Shown one piece after another: positions 26,133-34,739 of a DNA stretch of 64,000 nt. Under the pieces are notes generated by a model. The model did not search any database and was not told the origin of the DNA. It saw only the letters and a list, made by a program, of their open reading frames with translations. The position numbers and the translations under genes are program-made. The DNA is from an uncultured Actinomycetes bacterium (GTDB lineage Bacteria; Actinomycetota; Thermoleophilia; Solirubrobacterales; 70-9): the NCBI GenBank assembly GCA_963740625.1, contig CAVUEV010000006.1, positions 30,957 to 94,956 on the forward strand, read 5' to 3'. Numbering within the stretch: the stretch's first letter is position 1; every line of letters begins with the position of its first letter.

Positions 26133-28463
26133 CTACTTGGTCGAGCGGGCGCGCTTGGTGCGCGCCGTGGTCGGGCCCGGCTTCTTCGGGCGCCTCCGAC
26201 CACCGTTCCTCGCCGGCTTCGCTCCGTCGGCACCGGCGTCACTCGTCGCGTCGCCGTCCGCCGGCGCGTCGCCGTTGGCGGCCTTCGCCGCCTCGCGGGC
26301 CTCCCTTGCAGCCTGGCGCTCCGCGCGCTTTAAGCGCATCTCGACCATCGTCGGGCAGTCGTCGTTCAAACAGAGCTTCCACGGCCGGCCACGAAAGCCC
26401 TTGACAGTGAGGCGCGGCATCTGCTCGCAGACCGAGCAGCGCTCCTCCAGCCGCCACAGCTCGTAGCCGCGGCCGGGCAGCGGGCCGCTCACCGGGCACG
26501 AGTCCGGGTTCGGCGGCGGCGGCTCGCCCTCGGCGACCTCGGGCGGGCGGATCCAGCCCTCGCAGCCGTACATCCGCTTGCCGCCCTTCAGCTGGATGAT
26601 GCGCAGGCGGTTGGGGGATCCGTCCTCGCGCTTTCGCCCGGCCTCCTCGCAGACCTTGCAAGGGCCGAGGAACTTGTCCTCGTCCATCCCCGCCCAGATC
26701 TGCTTCGCGAACTCCTCGGTGTTCTCCTGGAGGTGGTTGGTCGTCGAGTGGAGCATCTCGCGGCTGATCCGAAGGACCTCGTCCTTGGAGGTCTCGCCGG
26801 CAGCGATCTGGTCCATGTCGCGCTCGAGCTCCGCGGTCATCTTGGGGGTCGCCATCTCCTCGACGTACTCGTGGAACGCCCTGTACATGGCGATCCCCGT
26901 CTCTGAGGGCTCCGGCGGGTTGGAGAAGACGTAGCCGCGGTCGTAGAGCTTCTGGATGATGTCTGCGCGCGTGGCCTTGGTGCCGAGTCCGCGCTCCTCC
27001 ATCAGCTCGATCAGCTTGCCCTGGCTGATCCGCGACGGCGGCTGGGTCTCCTTGTCGACCAGCCACGGATCGCCGTCGAGCGGCAGCTCCTGGCCCTGCT
27101 CGAGCTTGGGGATCTCCTCGTCGGCCGAGCGCGCGTAGGTGTAGATGGCGGCGTAGCCAGGATCGACGACCACCGAGCCGCGGACGAAGTAGTCCTCGCT
27201 GCCGGCGGTGATGTCGGCGCGCGTGGACTCCGTGATCATCGGCGGCGAGAAGGTCGCGAGGAAGCGTCTGGCGACCAGCTCGTAGACGCGGCGCTTCGGT
27301 CCCTCCAGCGCGCCGGGGTAAATGGCCTGGGTCGGGTAGATCGGCGGGTGGTCGGTCGTCTCCTTCTTGCCGCGGGTCGCCTGGAGCTCGCCCTCGAGCA
27401 GCGGCGCCGCCGCCTGGAACTCGGGGATACGCACCAGCGACTGGACCAGCTCGCGCGTGTTCAGCGAGCGCGGGTAGACGGTGTTGTCCGTCCGCGGATA
27501 GGAGATGAAGCCATCCATGTAGAGGTCCTCGGCCACGCGCATCGCGGCAGCCGGCGTGATTCCGAGGCGGCTGGAGGCGTCGGTCGTGAAGGCGGTGGTG
27601 TTGAGCGGAGTCGGCGGCTTTCGCGAGTTCCGCCGCGAGCTCACCTCCTTGACGACGCCCGGGCTCTTGGTCCCGGCAAGTGCCGCCTCGGCCTCGGCCT
27701 TCTCCCAGAACTTGTCCGTGGCGTGGTGCGCCTCGAACGAGCCGTCTGGATGACTGAACTTGGCGAAGAGCTCCCAGTACGGCTTGGCGACGTGGGCGCG
27801 ACGCTCCAGCTCGCGCTCGACGATGAGTGCCAGGGTCGGGCTCTGCACGCGGCCGACCGAGAGGAAGTTGGAGCCGAAGCGGCGGGTTGCGAGCGAGACG
27901 GCGCGGGTCAGGGTGGCGCCCCAGATCAGGTCGATGTCCTGGCGCGCGGCGCCCGCGTAGGCGAGGTCGTACGAAAGCTCGTCGATGTCGCCGAAGGCCC
28001 GCTCGATCTCCTCCTTGGTGAGCGCCGAGTAGCGGGCTCGCTTGACGGGAGGCTTCTCGTTGAGGCCGTTGGCGGTGACCTCCGGGTTTGCGTCGACGAT
28101 CTGCTCGAGCGCCTCGAGGCCGATCAGCTCGCCCTCGCGGTCGAAGTCGGTCGCGATCACGATCTCCGAGGCTTCCTTCGCGACCTTGCGGACGGCCTTG
28201 ACGACGTTCTTGTCGGTGGCCTCCTTGACGATCTGGGCGTCGATCAGCTCGTGCAGGTCGGTCTCCTGCCAGTTCGAGTAGCCCTCCGGGAAGGCCGGGC
28301 CCATGACGTGGCCCTTGAGGCCGATCGCCATGTGCTCGCCGTCGGCGTCCGTCCAGGTGTAGTACGGCACCTTGTAGGTGGCGTCGGCCTTGGCCGAGCC
28401 GCCGCTGAGGATGTCGGCGATCTTCTTGGCTGAGTTGTTCTTCTCGGTGACGATGAGGCGCAT
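26133..28463 (-). CDS. topA: type IA DNA topoisomerase
   Basis: TOPRIM (MRLIVTEKNNSAKKIA, ATDFDREGE), active-site ISYPRTDN, C-terminal Cys-rich zinc ribbons and a Lys/Arg tail. ATG at 28463. Confidence 0.9.
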   Translation of the reverse strand: MRLIVTEKNNSAKKIADILSGGSAKADATYKVPYYTWTDADGEHMAIGLKGHVMGPAFPEGYSNWQETDLHELIDAQIVKEATDKNVVKAVRKVAKEASEIVIATDFDREGELIGLEALEQIVDANPEVTANGLNEKPPVKRARYSALTKEEIERAFGDIDELSYDLAYAGAARQDIDLIWGATLTRAVSLATRRFGSNFLSVGRVQSPTLALIVERELERRAHVAKPYWELFAKFSHPDGSFEAHHATDKFWEKAEAEAALAGTKSPGVVKEVSSRRNSRKPPTPLNTTAFTTDASSRLGITPAAAMRVAEDLYMDGFISYPRTDNTVYPRSLNTRELVQSLVRIPEFQAAAPLLEGELQATRGKKETTDHPPIYPTQAIYPGALEGPKRRVYELVARRFLATFSPPMITESTRADITAGSEDYFVRGSVVVDPGYAAIYTYARSADEEIPKLEQGQELPLDGDPWLVDKETQPPSRISQGKLIELMEERGLGTKATRADIIQKLYDRGYVFSNPPEPSETGIAMYRAFHEYVEEMATPKMTAELERDMDQIAAGETSKDEVLRISREMLHSTTNHLQENTEEFAKQIWAGMDEDKFLGPCKVCEEAGRKREDGSPNRLRIIQLKGGKRMYGCEGWIRPPEVAEGEPPPPNPDSCPVSGPLPGRGYELWRLEERCSVCEQMPRLTVKGFRGRPWKLCLNDDCPTMVEMRLKRAERQAAREAREAAKAANGDAPADGDATSDAGADGAKPARNGGRRRPKKPGPTTARTKRARSTK

Positions 28464-28570
28464 CGGAAAGCCGCGCGAGGGTAGCAGGGGGTCTACGCGC
28501 GTCAAACGGGATTCGACGCCCGCCAGCCCACGCCTGCGCATTCCCAAGCGGGGTCAGATCCCTCTTAGAG

Positions 28571-29774
28571 TTAGCGCTTGGAAGGGATCTTCGAGTCCGC
28601 GCAGATGGCGTAGACGCGGATTTTCAGGTCGCCGCCGGCGAGGTTGTCGACCTCGGCCTCCCAGCCAGTGGCGCCGCCCTGAATGCGCGTGGCCGCGACC
28701 CGCTGGTCGAACCACCCGCCGTTGCTGAACACGCCTCCGCCGGTTACGTGCTGGCCGTTCGGGCAGTTCGCGTCGCCGGTCGTCCGCTCCTGGTGCGGAT
28801 TGCCGATCGCGTTCGACTCAACGACCGTGAGGGCGAGCGAGGGGATCGAGCCCGCCTCGCCCTGCGGTCCGGTCGGGCCCGTGGCCCCACGGGGGCCCTG
28901 GGGACCGCGCCGACCGCGGTGGTGGCGGTGCTTCGCGGCAACCTTCGCCGTGGGGGGCTTCAGCGTGCAGACCGGGTAGATCACGAGCGGCCCAGTGTCC
29001 GCCGTGACGCGGTCCTCGGCGCCAAACCAGCCGGATGTTCCGCTCGGCCCGGTGCTGTTCAGGTACGAGTGGTTGAACGGGCCGGGGGCCGACGCCCCGC
29101 CGCCGATTATCTGCTCGCCGTTCGGGCAATCCTTGAAGGCGGGCGTCTGGGTCTGCGGACCGGCGTCGAAGCTCGCAACCGGATAGTCGAGTTGAAGCGT
29201 CGAGGAGCCGGGATCCCCGCGCGGTCCCGCAGCGCCCTGCGGCCCCGGGGGGACCCGGCCGGCCGCGCTTCGAGTCCGCTACCCGAAGCGAACGCGCCTG
29301 ATGGCTTTTCGCCGGGCAAAGCTGGCCCAGGCAAACGACCGTCGATGGAGCGCAGATCGCGTGGACCGTGAAGGTGCGAACGATCGTGTCGTTGACGTTG
29401 TCAACGTAGCCGGTCCAGGAGCTGCCGTCGCGGGCAGGGAAGCTCGAGTTCACCCACTGCGTGAACTTGCCTCCGCTCGTGATCACGCCCCCGCCCGTCA
29501 CGTGCTCACCGGCAGGGCAGGTGGCAGTTGCGAAGTTCTGCTTCCCGGGAGCGTTGTTCACTGGCCCCGTCTTGACGTAATCGAGCGCGATTCCCCCGGG
29601 CTTGCCGGGAAGCCCCTTCGGGCCCGTCGCGCCCTGTGGTCCGGGCCGCCCCCGTGGGCCGCGCTTGCCGTCGCCGGCGGCCGCCAGCGCAACCCCCGCC
29701 AGCACCATCACCGCGACGAGCAGGGACGCGAGGGTCGCGCGGCCCAGGCGGCTTCGATTCGAGGTCCCGCTCAT
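28571..29774 (-). pseudogene. secreted three-module collagen-like / CPxG-TGGG domain protein, one frame interruption
   Basis: Signal peptide from ATG 29774. Modules carry CPAGEHVTGGGV, CPNGEQIIGGGA and CPNGQHVTGGGV. The frame changes inside a Gly-X-Y run at 29243-29246; removing one base gives an uninterrupted KRGRPGPPGPQGAAGPRGDPG. Confidence 0.8.
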
Positions 29775-29784
29775 CGCATTCGAC

Positions 29785-30948
29785 CTACTCGGGAAGCTCC
29801 GATGGAGCGCAGATCGCGTAGACCCGGAAGCTCCACTCCTGTTTTCCGAAGTTGTCGATGTCCACTTCCCAGCCGGTGGCACCGCCTGTGGGGCGAGAAG
29901 CGCCGACGTCCTGCTGGTCCCAGGGGCTGAAGCTCGCCACGCCGCCGCCGGTCACGTGCTGGCCGCTGGGGCAATCGACGTGCGCGGTGATGCGCGTGTT
30001 GACGGGGTTCGTGACCGTGCGGGTCTCATAGGTCAGTGGGAGCGAGGAGATCGACCCAGGCGCCCCCTGCGGGCCCGCCGGGCCGGTCGCGCCCTGAGGG
30101 CCCTTGGGCCCGCGCCGCCCATGGTGATGATGCCGCCCGTGCTTCGCCTCGATGCCCCGCGCCCGCTTGGCAGTCGGGGGCTTCGGCGTGCAGATCGGGT
30201 AGACGACAAGCGGCCCGGGGGTCTCGGCCACGCGGTCCTCCGCCCCGAACCAGCCGTCCGTGCCGCTCGGACTGGTGCTGTTCAGGAACCCCACATGGAA
30301 GTCACCGGGCGCCGAGGCGCCGCCACCGATTACCTGCTCGCCGCTATCGCAGGGGGCCGTGGAGGAGGTCTGCTGCCGACCTGCGGCGTCGACTGTCCTG
30401 AGCGGATAGTCGAGCTGCAGCGTTGACGAGCCCGGGTCCCCGGCCGGGCCCGGCGGTCCTTGGGGACCGCGCGGCCCCCGGCGCCCGCGCTTGGCCTGCC
30501 GGATCTGGCCGGCCTTGGGCGAGGCGGCCTGCGACGGCGCGCAGATCGCAAAGACCGAGAACGTCTTGGCGGTCCCGGTGTAGTTGTCCACGAAGACGCG
30601 CCAGACCTGGCCGTCGTCCGCCGGGAAGCTCGAGTTCACGCCCTGCTGTCCGAAGGCGCCGTCGGCGAGCACGCCACCGCCGGTGGCGTGCTCGCCTGCG
30701 GGGCAGGCGGCCTCCCCCAGCGTCTGCTGCGCCGGGACATTCGTGATCGGGCCGCTCTTCACGTAATCGAGCGCGATTGCGCCCGGCTCCCCGTCCGGCC
30801 CCTTCGGCCCCTGTGCGCCCGGCGGGCCCTGCGGGCCGCGGGGCCCGCGCTTCGCCTCGGCGAGCGTCGCTCCCGCCATCACCAACGCGGCGAGGATCAG
30901 CGCCAGGCCCAGACGCCAGGGAGCGATTCGCTTCGACGGACGGTCCAT
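29785..30948 (-). CDS. secreted three-module collagen-like / CPxG-TGGG domain protein
   Basis: Signal peptide. Three units of a basic linker, 5-9 Gly-X-Y triplets and a roughly 95-aa domain (CPAGEHATGGGV..FAICAP; CDSGEQVIGGGA..YPICTP; CPSGQHVTGGGV..YAICAP). His-rich linker AKHGRHHHHGRRGPKGPQG. Confidence 0.85.
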   Translation of the reverse strand: MDRPSKRIAPWRLGLALILAALVMAGATLAEAKRGPRGPQGPPGAQGPKGPDGEPGAIALDYVKSGPITNVPAQQTLGEAACPAGEHATGGGVLADGAFGQQGVNSSFPADDGQVWRVFVDNYTGTAKTFSVFAICAPSQAASPKAGQIRQAKRGRRGPRGPQGPPGPAGDPGSSTLQLDYPLRTVDAAGRQQTSSTAPCDSGEQVIGGGASAPGDFHVGFLNSTSPSGTDGWFGAEDRVAETPGPLVVYPICTPKPPTAKRARGIEAKHGRHHHHGRRGPKGPQGATGPAGPQGAPGSISSLPLTYETRTVTNPVNTRITAHVDCPSGQHVTGGGVASFSPWDQQDVGASRPTGGATGWEVDIDNFGKQEWSFRVYAICAPSELPE

Positions 30949-30964
30949 GGCTCGCGCGCCGATC

Positions 30965-33900
30965 CTAGTCGCCCTCGACCGAGTCCGACTTCACGCACAG
31001 GGCGATCACCTGGGCCGTCTGCGGGTTGCCGCTGACCGCGTCGATGAAGCCCTGCCAGCTCTCGCCATCCGGGCCCGGAAAGCTCGAGGCGACCTCCTCC
31101 TGGCGGTAGGTGCCGCCAACGCGGATGCCGCCACCGGTGACGTGCTCGCCGGCCGGACAGTCCACTCTGGCGAACACCTTCGCGCCGGGCTGCCCGATCT
31201 GGTTCGGGCCGGGATCCACGAAGACGTTCTTGAAGACCGTGTGGATCACGATCGGCGGCGTGACCCCATCCGGGCCCGTGGCGCCCTGCGGCCCGGTGGC
31301 GCCCTGCGGTCCCTGCGGTCCCGGCGGCCCCCTCCGGCCGCGATGGTGGCGGCGATGATGGCGACCGTGGTGCTTGGCCACCCGATCGCCGCCGGCTCGG
31401 CTCGGTGCGGCGTCAGGCTCGTTGGTCAGGTTCGACCGCACGCAGACCGCGTAGACGGTGAATGGGAGGTCCTTATCGGAGAAGTTGTCGACGAAGACCT
31501 GCCACTTGGTGGTTCCAAGCGCCGTGCTGCCGTTGATCCACTGCTCCTTGAGCGCTCCGGAGTTGAGGACGCCGCCCCCGGTGACGTGCTCGCCCTTCGG
31601 ACAGGCGACGGTGCCGCTCGACTGGGCCTGAGGCGCCGCCGTGAAGATCTTGCTCACATAGCGCAGGGAGACCGCGCTGGGCCCCGCTGGCCCCTGGTTG
31701 CCGCGCGGCCCGGTCGCCCCGCGCGGCCCGGCCGGCCCCTGCGGCCCGCGCTTGCCGCTCGCGGCCGTCGAGCTCGCCCTGACCTTGCTGGCCGTGCCGA
31801 TGGTGCAGATCGCCGTCACCTGAAAGCTCCCATCCGTGCCCTGGACGTTGTCGACGTCGCCGAGCCAGCCGTCTGGACCGATGGTCGAGCCGTTGATCCA
31901 TTGTTGCTCGAAGCCGCCCGAGGCGGCGACGCCGCCGCCGATCAGGACCTCGTCCTCGCCCGCGCAGCCTCGCTGGCCCTCCGACCGTGCGAGGCGTTGG
32001 GACGCGAACGTCTGCCTGTAGTAGCCGAGGGCCAGCGGCGCGCTCGCCCCGGCGGGGCCCTGCGGCCCGGGAGCGCCGGCCGGCCCCTGGGGACCCTGCG
32101 GTCCTCGCGGGCCGCGCTTGCCCGAGTCCGCGCCCGATGCCGCAGCGCCGAACGTCACCGCGAGGAGCGCCACGAGGATCCAGTGCGGCCCGACGAAGCA
32201 CGTTCCCGAGCCGCTGTTGGAGTTGTTGCCCTCGTTGCTCTCGGCGACGACGTTGGTGGCGTCCGCAACCGCGGTCGCGCTGTCGCTGCCGTCTCCGCAA
32301 CCCACAGAGACGGTCGTGCTCGCGCCCGCCGCCAGGGCCGCGGTGTCGATGAGCGTCGAGGGGCCGTTGTCCTGGCTGATCCGCGTCTTGCTCGGCCCGG
32401 CGTCACCGTCTCCGATGTTCTTCACCGTCGCCGAGATCGTCCCGCTCGCCCCGGTGCCGGTCACCGACACGTTGGTGACGGTCAGGTCCGGCCGCGTCGA
32501 GGCACAGGTGACCGGCGCGCTGGCCGCATTGTTGAACTCGTTGCTCTCGGCGACCGCGTTCGTGGCGTCGGCGCGTGCGCTGACCGTGATCTGGTTCGGG
32601 CCGGGGCACGCGAGGAACACGGTCGTCGACCCGCCGGGATTGAGCGCCGGCGTATCGGCCTGGCTCTCGGCCCCGCCGTCGAAGCTGTAGCCGAGCGCGC
32701 TCGCGCTCGCGGGCGCCCCGCCGACGTTGCGGACGACGACGGCGATCGAACCCGGGGACCCCGTGATCGAGTCGACGATTAGATCGGGGGTGGCGGGCGG
32801 CGGCGGGGCGGTGCAGTTCGCGCTCGCACGTCCGAATTCGGCGTAGCGGATGTCCTCAAAGTCGTTCGGGGTCCGTGAGCCGGGAACGCCCTTCTTGCTC
32901 GCCGAGCCGGTGCTGACGAAGCACTGCGGCTGGCTCGGATCCGATGCGAGCCCGAGGTAGTCGTTCTCGGTGCTGCCCACCAAAGATGCCCGGCCGCCCT
33001 TCGAGATCAGCGCCGTCGCCCAGTCGACCAGGAAGCCGACGGCGTAGGACGGGTAAAGGGCCGGGCCGCCGTACTCGTAGCCGACCGCGAGCTGGCCGGC
33101 CGTGTTCGCGCGAACCTGCGGCAGCGCCGCGCCGAGACCGTCGAACTCGATGCTGATGCCCGCCACCCGCTTCAGCGGCCGAATGTCGCTGTTGATGAAC
33201 ACGAAGGTCAGCGCCGGCTGGTCGTGAACGTGGACCGTCTCCGTCTTACCGTCCTTGACGACCCGCGCGTCGCGACCGGACATCCATCCGAAGACCAGCG
33301 TGTTGCCGACCTGGGCCCCGGTCTCGACAACCCCGACCTGCTTGCTGTAGCGCGACATCCAGTCGACCCCCAGCGGGTCGTTGCTGCCCTTTCCCTGGGT
33401 GGGGATCGAGGAGACGTCGACCTCGTGGATCTGGACGTCGCCGCTTCCGTCCGGCCACTCGAAGACCTGGAGGCGGCTGGTGCTCGCCGCCCCACCGAAC
33501 CACTGGGTCCGGGGCGCCTTCTTACTCGTGAACGCGCCCTGCGCGGGCCGGACCTTGCCGACGTCCGAGCTCGGGACGAGCAGCCAGTTGTAACTGAACT
33601 GTCCGGCACCGAGCTTGGTGACCGGGATCCGCCACATGGCGGTGCCCAGGAAGCCGCCCTTCTTGCATTTCTTGCTGCGGTAGCCGCTCGCGGTCACGTA
33701 CAGGTTCGCCCTGGTGAACGCGATGTGGGGCCGATCCAGAAACGGCTGGATCGTGCTCCTGCCCGCTGACGTGCCCGCGCACTTCGTGGGGAAGCGGAAA
33801 TTCGCCGGCGTCCAGTCCGAGTAGGTCCAGCGCGTGCCCCCGGAGGCGAGGAACTGGGCTGTGGTCGCGGAGGCGATTCGGACGACATTCGACTTGCGGT

Positions 33901-34649
33901 CGTTCGCCACGCCGCCAGCCCCGGCTCGGTACTGAAGGACCCAGACGAACCGGTGCACCCGCGGGATGTAGGCGACCACCTGGTCGCAGCAGAAGCCGCC
34001 CGCGGCGTTCGGGAACACCCGTCCCGGGTCGAGCGGCGTGAACGTGTTGCCGCCATCGGTCGAGTAGGCGTCCTGGAAGTTGCTGGTGACGAAGACCGTC
34101 TGGCCCGTGGTGGCGACGCTCGACTCGCCGCCGTCGGTGTCCGACCAGCCGGCGAGCCCGCTCGCCCTGAGGCTCCTGCTGCGGGCCACCCCGATGTCGC
34201 CCACCTTCGGGATGCCCGCCGACTTGCCCTCGGGCTCCTCCGAAGGCGTCGGGGTGGGAGTCTCCTGCTGCTTCGGCTGCGCGATCAACGGGCCGGCGGG
34301 AAGCTTCGGGGCGCTCTCCTCTCCGGGATCGCCCTCGTCCTCGTCGCCACCGCTCTCCGGCGGCTCCGGGTACGGCCCGTTGGCGACGTGCTGGGAGGTG
34401 TCGGCTGTGAACGTGGACGGCCACTCGGTCGGTCGTGCGGTCCCGCGGGCACCGCGCCGGACTCGGCGAGAAGCCGTGCCGCTTGCTGTTTCGGTGCCGC
34501 ACGCGCCGGCACTTGCGGTTGCCGTGATGCCGGTGGTGGTGATGATGGTGGCGATGCTTCGCGACCGGCGTGGGGCTCGCCTGCGCGGAGAACGCGGCGA
34601 CCGCGGTGATCGCCGCGACCAGCAGGCCAAGGATGAGGCGCCTCTCCAT
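30965..34649 (-). pseudogene. large secreted protein: His-rich N-terminus, Asp-box (BNR-like) region, 2x CARDB, then a three-module collagen-like / CPxG-TGGG unit; frame interrupted near the 5' end
   Basis: The signal peptide and His run (MERRLILGLLVAAITAVAAFSAQASPTPVAKHRHHHHHH) start at 34649 in a different frame from the 1308-aa ORF, joining near 34430-34470. YSTDGGNTF Asp-box. Two PDL.V...V.N.G....ESNE.NN CARDB-like domains. Modules CAGEDEVLIGGGV, CPKGEHVTGGGV, CPAGEHVTGGGI. Confidence 0.7.
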
Positions 34650-34670
34650 TGCTCGAACCCTGCACCAGGG

Positions 34671-34703
34671 GCGTTTCCGTACCGTTTCCCTTGCGTTTGC
34701 GTC
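34671..34703. promoter_or_regulatory. three direct heptamer repeats with exact 11-bp phasing (GCGTTTCCGTA / CCGTTTCCCTT / GCGTTTGCGTC)
   Basis: Located in the 90-bp divergent region between the ATG at 34649 (minus) and the ATG at 34740 (plus). CGTTT starts at 34672, 34683 and 34694. Confidence 0.4.
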
Positions 34704-34739
34704 CGACCCCGGCCGGGCTCTGGCTCTAGGATCACATCA

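Noticed and set aside
34285-34665. Pro/Ser/Arg-rich third-frame ORF at the 5' end of the large fibre gene as the true continuation after the His tract
   Set aside because: It ends in a stop before the Asp-box region and has low-complexity composition. The frame carrying PTEWPSTFTADTSQHVANGPYPEPPE leads continuously into recognisable domains.
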